DNA from: Callorhinchus milii
Taxonomy: Eukaryota
Length of the DNA stretch: 64,000 nucleotides
Reading direction: 5' to 3'
Assembly: GCF_018977255.1 (NCBI RefSeq)
Contig: NW_024704743.1
Span: 106,704,001-106,768,000, forward strand
Notes under the pieces: generated by a model
The model's database searches: none
Told to the model about the DNA's origin: nothing
Seen by the model: the letters and a program-made list of their open reading frames with translations, nothing else
Position numbers and translations under genes: made by a program
In this document: positions 39,398 to 50,139 of the stretch, piece after piece
Layout: each line of letters starts with the position of its first letter
How positions within the stretch are numbered: the first letter of the stretch is position 1

Positions 39398-40392
39398 TGG
39401 GTCATCTCAATCAGTAGCAAGAGAATTTTGTTGGAAGTCTACCAGCAGCGTTCTGTCTGGGCATTACTGATTTTTGCACGTAGTTCTACCTAAAATCCTT
39501 CCCTCACTACACTTTTCGTAAATCATCAAATGATTTGAGCACCGGTTTGGGACCAGAAGTAAAGCAGATCTGCAGTAATCCAAAGTTTTGTTGATGGTTG
39601 ACCAATTTGTCCCGACAAATTACCTACACTTTGAGAACAGACCAAGGAATCAACCCCATAAGCCAAACCTTAACAAATAGGACAATTATTTTGGACTGCT
39701 TTCGAAGCTTTGATACTGTACCAGTTGAACTGTGTAAAACAGCCCAATCGCACTGAGAGATTAACAATAGGACCAACACACCCACAATGATGAAATTACA
39801 CAATTGATTAATTTCCATTATACATTGTGCATTTTCTAAAAAAAAAATAAAACTCTTGAGTTATGAGGGAGGGGTGCTAACCTGGAAATTAAATATAGAA
39901 ATTCCTTAGGTATCAAATATGATTGACTCGAATATGTGGGAGATGAACTCCGGATACCTCTTCTCTGCCATCCCCTCCGATTTCTGTTCTTATTGTCAAC
40001 ATCCACAAAGCTGGATCACTTGTGGCTTCCGACTGCTGCACTAACATGCAAATTTAAAGTTAGTAATTCCTTCACTTCAAGGCTGTTTATGAGACATTAC
40101 TGTGCTTGAATTATTGGCCAATTTTGTTTACAAGTACAGTCACTACACAGTGAAATCCTATCATCTCAATGTCATTATAAGACACAATATCAAATGTTAA
40201 GGACTATTATTATGTCGCTCCAAGTTTCAAGATAAAAAAAAATCATTAAGAAGGGTTAATTCAGCATTAACCAGGCTGCGCAAATAAAGTGGGAAGCACA
40301 GGGTCTCCGTAATGATACAGCCAGGAATTCACGTCAAATTTAGGCTGAACTCTCTTGTGTGGCAAGTTACAGTATTGTGAATAAGCACCTCC

Positions 40393-41820
40393 TGGGGTGT
40401 GTGTGGGGGGGGTTGTGTGTGGTGGGGGGGTTGTGTGGTGGGGGGGTTGTGTGTGGTGGGGGGGTTGTGTGGTGGGGGGGTGTGGGTGGAGTTGTGTGGT
40501 GGGTGTGGTGGGGGCGGTGTAGGGGGGAGTAGGGGGTGTGTGTGGTGGGGGGGAGTGGGGGGGTGTGTGGTGGGTGTGGGGGTGTGTGTGGGGAGGGAGT
40601 GGGGGGGTGTGTGGTGGGGGGAGTGGGGGAGTGTGTGGTGGGTGTGGGGGTGTGTGTGGGGGGGAGTGGGGGGGTGTGTGGTGGGGGGAGGGTCTGGTGG
40701 GGGAGTTGTGTGGTGGGGAGTGGTGGGGGAGTGGGGGGAGGGTCTGGTGGGGGGAGTTGTGTGTGGGGGGGTGTGGGTGGTGTGGGGAGTGGGGGGGGGA
40801 GGGTCTGGTGGGGGGAGTTGTGTGGGGGGGGTGTGGGTGGTGTGGGGAGTGGGGGGGAAGGGTCTGGTGGGGGAGTTGTGTGTGGGGGGGGTGTGGGTGG
40901 TGTGGGGAGTGGGGGGGGAGGGTCTGGTGGGGGGAGTTGTGTGGGGGGGGTGTGGGTGGTGTGGGGAGTGGGGGGGAGGATCTGGTGGGGGGAGTTGTGT
41001 GGTGGGTGGTGGGGGGGGTGGGTGGTGGGGGGGAGGGTCTGGTGTGGGGGTGTGGGGAGGGTCTGGTGGGGGGGTGTGGGTGATGTGGGGAGTGGGGGGG
41101 AGGGTCTGGTGGTGGTGGTGGGGGGGAGGGTCTGGTGGTGGTGGTGGGGGGAGGGTTGTGGTGGGGGGGGTGGTGGGGGGAGGGTCTGGTGGGGGGGTGT
41201 GGGTGATGTGGGGAGTGGGGGGGAGGGTCTGGTGGTGGGGTGTGGGTGGTGGGGGGGAGGGTCTGGTGGGGGAGTTGTGCGGTGGGGGGGAGGGTCTGGT
41301 GGGGGGAGTTGTGCGGTGGGGGGGAGGGTCTGGTGGGGGAGTTGTGCGGTGGGGGGGGAGGGTCTGGTGGGGGGAGTTGTGCGGTGGGGGGGGAGGGTCT
41401 GGTGGGGGGGTTGTGCGGTGGGGGGGGGGTTGGTGGGGGGGTGTGGGGGTGGGGGGGAGGGTCTGGTGGGGGGAGTTGTGGGTGGGGGGGGGGTCTGGTG
41501 GGGGGAGTTGTGCGGTGGGGGGGAGGGTCTGGTGGGGGGAGTTGTGCGGTGGGGGGGAGGGTCTGGTGGGGGGAGTTGTGCGGTGGGGGGGGGTCTGGTG
41601 GGGGGAGTTGTGCGGTGGGGGGGAGGGTCTGGTGGGGGGAGTTGTGCGGTGGGGGGAGGGTCTGGTGGGGTGGGTGGGGGGAGGGTCTGGTGGGGGGTGT
41701 GGGGGGTGGGGGGGAGGGTCTGGTGTGGGGGTGTGGGGGTGGGGGGAGGGTCTGGTGTGTGGGTGGTGGGGGGGAGGGTCTGGTGTGGGTGGTGGGGGGG
41801 AGGGTCTGGGGGGGAGTTGT
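40393..41820 (+). repeat. G-rich minisatellite / low-complexity array in BPNT2 intron 1
   Basis: About 1.4 kb that is almost entirely G/T on the plus strand. The core GGGGGGAGGGTCTGGTGGGGGGAGTTGTG(C)GGT recurs as ~32 bp units at 41250-41670 and ~60 bp units at 40680-41000. Confidence 0.97.
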
Positions 41821-42286
41821 TGGGAAACACAATTACCATCAGAGCAGTTCCATTGCTTTTGGATGTCTCACAATCCAAACACACGTTTGAGCGCAGAGCG
41901 GAGAGGAGGAGGAGGAGAGGAGCGGAGAGGAGGAAGATACGGTCATCGCAGTTTGACAGGAGGATGGATGAAGGTTCCCGAGCGGGTGCCGCGGTGTGTG
42001 AGTTGGGTCCGGTCCGGAGGGCCCGAGAGTGGGGTCTGGGGGACGCTTTCTGCCGCAATACTTTTCAAGGTCGCGAGTTAAGTGTCAGGGATCTCCCCCT
42101 CACCCTCCGCCCCCCTCCTCCCCCCCCTCACCCCCCGTCCCCCCTCCCGCTCCCCCCCCTCCCCCTCTCACCCCCCGACCACCCTCCCGCTCACCCCCCT
42201 CACCCTCCCCCCCTCAGCCTCCGCCCCCTCGCCCACTACCCTCACCGCCCCCTCACCCTCCCCCCCCTCCCGCTCACCCCCCTCAC

Positions 42287-42634
42287 CTGTATGTTCGGGA
42301 AGGCATTCCGGATCAGATGGTACATCTTCTGATGTGACATCAAGTCTCCGCTGGTCAGCATCTCGTCGGCCCCCTCCCGGGTCTTGCCTTTGCTCTTGCC
42401 GTGCAGCTCGCCGCCCTCCATCACCCGCCGCACCTCCTCGCCTCCCCGCACGGCCGCCTCCACCGACAGCGCCAGCAGCTCCCTCAGGTCCACCCTGTCG
42501 GTCCCGGGCGCCGCCCTGAAGCCGGCGATGCGGCCCGCCAGGAATCCCGAGTACAGGTGGTAGAGGACGCCCAGGGTGAGCAGCGCGAAGACGGCCACGC
42601 CGAGCGGAGACAGGCGGATGCCCATGGGAGCCAT
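42287..42634 (-). CDS. BPNT2: BPNT2/IMPAD1 (Golgi-resident 3'-phosphoadenosine 5'-phosphate phosphatase), coding exon 1 (348 nt, 116 codons)
   Basis: ATG at 42634 in a GCCGCCATGG-like context (CCCGCCATGG). Translates [35 protein letters not shown]...[24 protein letters not shown]...[37 protein letters not shown], the recognisable IMPAD1 N-terminus with its type II membrane anchor. Donor CAG|GTGAGG, phase 0. Confidence 0.97.
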
Positions 42635-42635
42635 G

Positions 42636-42722
42636 GCGGGCGGGGCGGGCGGGCGGGCGGGAGAGCGCGGGGCGGGCGGGCGGGCGGGAGAGCGCGGGGC
42701 GGGCGGGCGGGAGAGCGCGGGG
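42636..42722. repeat. GC-rich tandem repeat immediately upstream of the start codon (about 3 x GGGCGGGCGGGCGGGAGAGCGCG)
   Basis: Unit directly visible three times in the 5' UTR/promoter. A second imperfect triplication (CGTTCCAACCGCTCCCC) lies at 42756-42835. Confidence 0.85.
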
Positions 42723-42899
42723 CCAACCGCCGCTGCTCCGCGAGACCGGACAATGCGTTCCAATTCCAACCGCTCCCCTCCCCGGGGCCGCGTTCCAACC
42801 GCTCCCCCCCCAGGGGCCGCGTTCCAACGCCGGAGCCCCCGCGGCCTCGCCGGGCCTTTCGCTCGCGAACGCAAAGACAATGCGGCGCCTCCGCCAAGT

Positions 42900-42914
42900 G
42901 GTTACATGGTAACC
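42900..42914. promoter_or_regulatory. RFX X-box-like palindrome GGTTACATGGTAACC
   Basis: Near-palindrome about 270 bp upstream of the ATG, one base short of the GTTRCCATGGYAAC X-box consensus. Confidence 0.45.
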
Positions 42915-43518
42915 AGTAGCAGCTGCTACACACACACACGCGCACGCGGAGCGAGCGAGCGAGCGCGCGGCGGCGGCGGCGGTGGTGGTGGAGGGGCTCC
43001 GCGCGCACACGCGCGCGCTGCAAAATCAATGCAGCAGCACCGACCGCTGCTCCACTCCCACGTTCCTCCCACAGCGAGTCACTGGGTAAAAGGTAACGGA
43101 ATCAGTTCCCGGTCGGCGTTCAGCCCGGAGGGGAGGGTGCGGGTGGGGGGGCAGAGGGGAGGGGAGCGTCGCCGTGCAACCAGTCGAGCGCAGACTCCAG
43201 TCCCTCCGGACATCCTCTCCGACGCGAATGTAATAATTCTCTGCAAATGTAATTTTGTTGTTCTTCTCCCGAGCAGCTCGATATGCTGTTGGTTGCTCGG
43301 GCTCACTCCTGAGAAACCATCTGCTTCAACACCTCCCCTCTCCGTGTTTGGTGCAACATGTATGCAAGTAGCAGGGACGTCGCTCGGAAGCTGTTCCCAG
43401 TGGCAATGTCTTTGCAACCCTCATTCAAGCACTTGGAACTGGGTTTATTTAGGAGTCAAAATAGATCACTTCACATGAGCACTGGTCGAGTTCGACCTGC
43501 CTTAAAGTGGGGGGCGAT

Positions 43519-43850
43519 TTAATAATAATAATAATGATAATAATCCTTGCATTTGATATAGCGCTTTTCACGTCGGGAGGACGTCCCAAAGCGCTTCACA
43601 GAACACACTGTAAAGTGAATTGACTGTATATTTGTGGGCGAACGCGGCAGCCAATTGCGCACAGCAATGTCCCACAAACAGTCGTAGATTGAAAATGACC
43701 AATTTATTATTGTTTTTGGTTTTGGAGGGATTATTATTAGGCTCTGTGTGGAGTAAGGAAACTTGCCCAAGGTTTCGCCCTGCCTGGAATTGAACTCAGG
43801 TCTCTCACTTGCAAAGCGAGTGCTCTAACCACTGAGCTACAGGACTCCAC
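43519..43850 (-). mobile_element. Full-length tRNA-Ala Deu-SINE (short subfamily)
   Basis: Near-identical to 21048-21369. Confidence 0.93.
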
Positions 43851-44348
43851 TACAGGATTTGTCATGTTGGGAGAGAGGTGCTTATTCCCAGAAGGAAAAT
43901 AAGTTTTATTAACAATAATAGTTCTTGAATTTGATATCGCACCTTATCATGTCATTGAGACATCCCAAAGCGCTTCACAGAATATACTGTAAAAGTGAAT
44001 GACTATTTTGTTTCAACACTTTATCCAATGAATTTTCCATTATCTTTGAGCTCAACATCACGTAACTATTTCATATGACTTCAGTTAAAGTTAACAAGGA
44101 CATACTCACGTTGCATGAAATCCCTTTAATTGCAAGGGTGGAGTTGTTTTACAATAGTTTCTGCACTGCACATAGGAAAAATCCTGTGAAGTGCTTTGAA
44201 ACGTTTGTATGATGTGATAAGGCAGTGTATCAAATGCAAGGGGATAAACATCTTTATAAATTCTTGAGAATTAATACTTGAGATTAAAACAAAGCTTGTG
44301 GTTCTACAATTCAATCCACCACAATCACAACATTGCGTTTGTACAGTA

Positions 44349-45344
44349 TAGGGTGTCCATATCTCCCTGATTTCTGGGGACAGTCCCCCGATGACGTACT
44401 GAGTCGCTAGTCAAATCCACCCGATTTTGAAATCAACAACAAACTGAACTAGAACAATAAAATCCTAAAACAGATACACTCTTAAGAGAAATACAGGCAT
44501 TAATCCAACAAGCTTCTCCAGTGCTGCAAGCGTCAGGAATTCTGGTGAGTACAATTTTTTTTATGTGTCCCTGGATTTGAGCTGTCCTTTCTTCCCCACA
44601 TCCGCACCACAACTGGCACCGCCTTCCACCACCTCCGGAACATCGCCATACTATGGCATTACCTCACCCCTCACGCTGCTGAAACCCTGGTTCACGCCTT
44701 TATCACCTCAAGGCTGGACTATGGGAACTCTCTCCTCGTCGGCCTTCCCGCCACCTCCCTCCACAAGCTGCAGGTCATTCAGAACTCTGCAGCTCGTGTA
44801 CTGTCCCGCACCAGGCTTCGGGACCACATCACTCCCACCCTCGCTCGCCTCCACTGGCTCCCCATCCCCCAGAGGATCGAATTCAAGATCCTCATCCTCA
44901 CCTACAAGGCCATTCACGGCCTTGCTCCCTCCTACCTCTCCGACCTACTATCCCCCTACCTACCTGCCCGTACCCTCCGTTCCTCTGGCTCCGGTCTGAT
45001 CCACATCCCCCATCCCAACCGCCCTACCATCGGTGGTCGGGCCTTCAGCCTCTCAGCCCCTGGGCTCTGGAACTCTATCCCCCAGTGCCTTCGCCTTGCC
45101 TCCTCCCTTTCCTCCTTCAAGGCCGGTCTCAAGACCTTTCTCTTCGACCGTGCCTTCAGCTCCCCTCTCGACTCTCTACCCCCTCCTCGCTCTCTCCCTT
45201 CCCTCCCCTCACCCTGACCATTTCCCCCCAATGCTCGGCTCCTGACCCAACTGTACAGCGCCTTGGGACGTCCTCCCGACGTGAAAGGCGCTCTATAAAT
45301 GCAATCTTGTTGTTGTTGTTGATTTACAAAATATGATCACCCTT
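44349..45344. mobile_element. Non-autonomous hAT (Blackjack/Tip100-like) DNA transposon interrupted by an L2 insertion
   Basis: Left end TAGGGTGTCCATAT...GGGACAGTCCC. Right end ATATGATCACCCT is an 11/13 inverted match. The 8 bp flanks GTACAGTA (44341-44348) and GTATAGCA (45345-45352) match 6/8, consistent with a hAT target-site duplication. Confidence 0.65.
44578..45320 (+). mobile_element. Young L2-clade LINE 3' fragment (same family as 46469-47770, opposite orientation)
   Basis: Near-identical to the reverse complement of 46469-47282; the ORF-track peptides at 44708-44917 and 46941-47150 differ at 2 of 69 residues. Ends in (TTG)n. Confidence 0.95.
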
Positions 45345-46468
45345 GTATAGCATAACGGTAATAAGCTCACCCAAAGGTCAAGTTACTCTTGACAGATGGT
45401 GCTTATGCTTTAATGCTAATAACTGACGTTAGGACTGTGTATCGAGATGGTTGTTGCAGTATTTTGTAGATGTGGTTTATTAGTTCAAACAACTGAACAA
45501 AGGACAAGATTCTACTGACTTGTTATTCATTTTGAAGAACTCATTGTGTCATGTGGGAACATATTTTTCTCAGACATTGATGTGGAAACCACTTGAATGC
45601 ACAAGATGTGTTTGGGCTGGCATCGCGAGCAATGGACATTTGTGATAAATTCGGTTTCTGGTCTTTATTTTAAATGAACTGTGCAATGAGTTGGATGATG
45701 TAACGTATGGTGCATTCTTCTCTACCTGATTCTGGTGCAGATTCCGACCCTCAAACTGAAGCATATTTATAAAATGTGATGTAGTGAACATGGAACATCA
45801 TTGAAGAGCATGTGAAACACTCTTCCGAATAGCATAAGGCAAGATAACAGCTTCCGAGGTACTGTGACTATTAACGGCCTAAACATTTTAACATCATGTG
45901 AAGTCCAAAACTATAAATTGAACAGAAAGTAGGTAAAGTTCATGTTTATAAACATTACAAACAACAACAAATTGCATTTATTTGTTGCCCTTTCATTTTG
46001 TGAAGACATGGTAATTTGTTTTGAATGAATGCTTTGTACAGTTACTTAAGATTCATTATTTTTGCTCTAGGTTTTGAGCATGTAAAATGTAACAACATTC
46101 TTATGAAGTTGAGTCATCACATGGATAGTTTTTCACTCATAAACTAAAAGCAACCTCAACAGAGCAATGATAATTCTATGTGTCAGATGAATCTGTTTCA
46201 CTGCTGTTTTGTGTTTATTAATATCTGCCCTGAGTAGTTCAACAATGTGAGATCATGTGCACTGTTTGCTATCTGCTATCTGAATTTTTTTTCATAACAT
46301 GCAACAAAGAAGCTGTGGTTGAAGCAGAAAGCATCAGTGTATTTATGAGGAAACTTGATGCACACATGAGGGAGAATGGATTAGGGTATGGGAGGGGAAA
46401 TATATGGAGTATAAAACACTGTTATGAAATAATTTCTTAGTTTTTGGATCTTTCTTGAAAGGTACGCA

Positions 46469-47770
46469 GAACAACAACAACAAGATTGCATTTATAGAGT
46501 GCCTTTCATGTCGGGAGGACGTCCCAAGGCGCTGGACAGTTGGATTGGGACCCGAGCAGGGGGGAAATGGTCAGGGTGAGGGAGGGAAGGGAGGGAGCGA
46601 GGAGGGGGAAATGGTCAGGGTGAGGAGCGAGGAAGGGGGAAATGGTCAGGGTGAGGGAGGGATGGAGGGAGTGAGGAGGGGGTAGAGAGTCGAGAGGGGA
46701 GCTGAAGGCACGGTTGAGGAGAAAGGTCTTGAGACCGGCCTTGAAGGAGGAAAGGGAGGAGGCGGCGAAGGCACTGGGGGATGGAGTTCCAGAGCCTCGG
46801 GGCTGAGAGGCTGAAGGCCCGACCACCGATGGTAGGGCAGTTGGGGCAGGGGATGTGGAGCAGACCAGAGCCAGAGGAACGGAGGGTACGGGCAGGTAGG
46901 TAGGGGGATAGTAGGTCGGAGAGTAGGAGGGAGCAAGGCCGTGAATGGCCTTGTAGGTGAGGATGAGGATCTTGAATTCGATCCTCTGGGGGATGGGGAG
47001 CCAGTGGAGGCGAGCGAGGGTGGGAGTGATGTGGTCCCGAAGCCTGGTGCGGGACAGTACACGAGCTGCAGAGTTCTGAATGACCTGCAGCTTGTGGAGG
47101 GAGGTGCCGGGAAGGCCGGCGAGGAGAGAGTTCCCATAGTCCAGCCTTGAGGTGATAAAGGCGTGGACCAGAGTTTCAGCAGTGTGAGGGGTGAGGTAGT
47201 GCCGTAGTCTGGCGATGTTCCGGAGGTGATGGAAGGCGGTGCCAGTTGTGGTGCGGATGTGAGGGAGAAAGGACAGCTCAGGGTCGAACAAAACGCCGAA
47301 GTTCCTGACCGGCTTTGAGAGGTGGAGAGTGCAGCCTTGGATGCTGATGCTGTCAGTGCCTGAGGTGCGGAGGCGCTGACGTGAGCCAATCAGGAGGGCC
47401 TCAGTTTTGCGCACGTTGAGCTGAAGAAAGTTGCCTCTCATCCAGGACTCGTTGTCAGACAGGCAGGCTGTCAGGACATCGGTGGTCGTGGAGTTGAGGG
47501 TAGAAGAGGAAAGGTAGAATTGGGTGTCATCCGCATACATGTGGAAGTTAACCCCATGTCTGCGGATGATGTCACCGAGGGGGAGCATATAGAGGGTGAA
47601 GAGGAGGGGACCAAGGACAGAGCTCTGAGGGACACCGCACGAGACAGTGAGGGGGTGGAGGAAAATCCGTTTGCAGAGATAAAATGAAGACGGTGGGAGA
47701 GGTAGGACCTAAACCACTCAAGGACAGGGCCTTGAAGGTTGAGGTGGGATGGCATGCGGTGGAGGAGGAG
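46469..47770 (-). mobile_element. Young L2-clade LINE 3' portion
   Basis: Long open reading with [27 protein letters not shown] and [13 protein letters not shown]. (TTG)n tail at 46469-46483 and an internal triplication of GGGGAAATGGTCAGGGTGAGG in the 3' UTR. Confidence 0.95.
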
Positions 47771-48729
47771 CATTAGTAGATTCAATGGCATCACATATTA
47801 ACTGAGCAATCTCAATCTGTTTGATATGATCACAAGAGATTCCATAGGTCCAAGTTTTTTTTATGCCAATTCAAGAAAAAGAAGATTGTAAATTATTTAG
47901 AATGCTAGCATCTCTTGAAGCAACAACATTAGTTTTAGTGTATTAAACATCCCTGGATTAATTTTTGGCAATTTTTAAGACCTGAATTCAAGCTGTTAGC
48001 AAATACAGTACTATTAATCGAGATACTGAATAAACTATCCGCACAATTTGGTAAAATTGTAGAATTTAATAGGTGAGAATATCTTTTCTCCACTGGTCCA
48101 TAAATGACAGACTTTGCCAGCGCGAGTATAAAATGAGGGCAGAAACATCCCCATTATAAGATCACATGTCAAAAATATTATAGTGCAAAGGAACAAATTT
48201 GATTCTTTTTCAGTATAATCTGTTCCCTTTTGGTCCTGTCTGATATAGAACTGGAGATTTACAACAATAATGAAGTGAGCTTCTCCAGCAAGACATTTGT
48301 TATTAATGAGCTGAGGAAGCCTGACTACTGGTGTTCAATGTTAAAGTTTAACCAGTTGAAACCAAATAGCTTGCCATTGAAAGCATTGTATGGCAAGCTT
48401 GCCACTGCCTGTGCACTTAGGTCTGCCCTATCCGTTAGGGTTTTGGCTTACATGTTTAACAGGCGATCAGCAGGAATAATCCCTGCTTCCAGTGACTGGT
48501 CTGCCCTACCATGAGCCAGGCTGACTGTCATCAACGGTGCGCCCGGCTGGCTCAGAAACAGGTTGCCGAGACTATGCCAGTGGATTGACTCGATTCCAAC
48601 AATCCATTGACAAGCATGTCACCTTGAAGTCAGCTCAGCTTTAAGGTTACCCGGCTTACTTCCCCCCCACCCCCCCAAGAGCAGTTGTTCAATTTTTAAT
48701 GTTCAATGCCACTTTCAAACAAGTGTCCC

Positions 48730-48960
48730 AGGTGCAGACTTCTTTACATGCTCAACGGTTTCTGAAGAGCTTTTATCCAATTCTGAAAACGAATTAATAA
48801 TGCAGCATCCAACTTTGTTGCAACCCTGGAAAAGGTTCACTGATGACATTTAGCATTAATTAGCTCAAATTGTATTCCATCCAATTGAAATCTTCTGTTC
48901 TGGTGGGAAATGTTGTTTTAGGATAATTTCTTAATTCTTTTTTAATCTGCCAATAATAAC
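48730..48960 (-). pseudogene. Decayed hAT (ZMYM1/Tip100-type) transposase N-terminal TTF zinc-finger remnant
   Basis: Across frameshifts it reads LRNYPKTTF / QNRRFQ / WMEY / AKCHQ*TF / DAAL..RFQNWIKALQK / EHVKKS, the order expected for a TTF-type finger (RRF..WLEY..CxxC..GFxNWKKA..H..S). Confidence 0.45.
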
Positions 48961-49439
48961 TGCATCATTTGGTCTGTTTCACCTGATTGGATCGATAATG
49001 ATTTATTATTTTCTCCACTGGATGCAACATCGGCAATGATTGATGTATCACACACACTCAATAATGCTAATGTACTCCATTTACTGAATAATGCTAATAT
49101 ACTAGGTTCACGGGTACTTGCGTGATTTGAGGTCTCTTCAATTATCAATTTCTTTAATTCTGCACGCATTCCTTGTGTTCTTGACACTCTGTGTCTTTGG
49201 GTTGTTCAATTTTTCATGTTTATAAGATGTAATTAGATAGATGCAGTAGGCAGCAATCCACAACGTAATAAAACCTAGGAACCTTCAATGAAATGCAAAA
49301 TACTGCAGCAATGGCCTTTGACTCCATGTTGAGAAATGAGCTGAACTGGTCAGTGCTTTGCTGAATAGAGTGTTCAATAATAAATGCTCAGGTAAGGAAC
49401 AGACAAAAATATTAAGTTGCATTTGGTATTGTACAGCAA

Positions 49440-49722
49440 CCACACACCTCTGTTTACCTAGCAGTAAGTAAGAACCTGGTTGTTAGCCGATTGGCGGATC
49501 ACTTTTCCCGGGGTAATAATCACTTAAAAAAATAATAAAATAACAATAATTTGGTCACTCAATCCACAACTGTCTTTGGGACACAGCTGTGTGCATTTGG
49601 CTGCCGTGTTTTGCCCACAAAATACACAGTCAATTCACTTTTCAATATATTCTGTGAAGCTCTTTGAGACAGCTCAACGACTTAATAAGGCACTATATCA
49701 AATGCAAGAATTATGATTATTA
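49440..49722 (+). mobile_element. tRNA Deu-SINE (long subfamily, headless)
   Basis: Middle segment, core and tail are present. Confidence 0.85.
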
Positions 49723-50139
49723 CTGTACAGTTGGCAAACTTGTCGGAATTTGTAGAAAATTCTGGATCTGTCGCTTGAGTGTGCACTTAAGATAATCAGG
49801 AACAGTATACTTTAGCCTTGAGATTGACAAGCACCTCTCCATCTGAGACTAATGTCGAGGGGTCTGCAAACTGGAAAGTATATTGATTACTCTCAAACTT
49901 TCTGCTAGCTGTCACCTATTAGAATAGCAAAATGAATAGAAGTGGAAGAGCAGTCAATCCCAACTATTGACTTCATCTAGCCCACATAACCTGCTAACTA
50001 TTCTGGCACAATGCAGTTAAACCTTCATGTGCTGTTGGAACATGCTTACAGTTCCATCATTGACAACTGTATTCAAAATCATAAATGGAGCAAACCGCAT
50101 CCTCCTATTCCTGAAATTCTACTTTGTGAATGAAACATC

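Larger units (their letters stand above)
41950..43230. promoter_or_regulatory. CpG island / promoter and 5' UTR of BPNT2
   Basis: Abrupt GC- and CpG-rich block in an otherwise AT-rich, CpG-depleted window. It spans exon 1 and contains many GGGCGG (Sp/KLF) boxes at 42636-42720. Confidence 0.9.

Noticed and set aside
40267..42332. Several 500-600 aa ORFs (Pro/His/Thr-rich on minus, Gly/Val/Trp-rich on plus)
   Set aside because: Artefacts of a stop-free G-rich minisatellite that is open in multiple frames on both strands, with no domain-like content.
42635..42880. In-frame 82-codon N-terminal extension of BPNT2 from a TTG
   Set aside because: Non-ATG start running through GC-rich tandem repeats. 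The conserved protein begins at MAPMGIRL in a strong Kozak context, and the membrane anchor should lie near the N-terminus.
42029..43478. Overlapping 100-300 aa ORFs across the CpG island
   Set aside because: Expected stop-codon depletion in GC-rich DNA; the Ala/Arg/Pro/Gly-rich products show no homology signal.
43519..43770. Recurrent ~80-125 aa ORFs (GKFPYST...[17 protein letters not shown]) that look like a small gene family
   Set aside because: They are translations of SINE copies with non-ATG starts.
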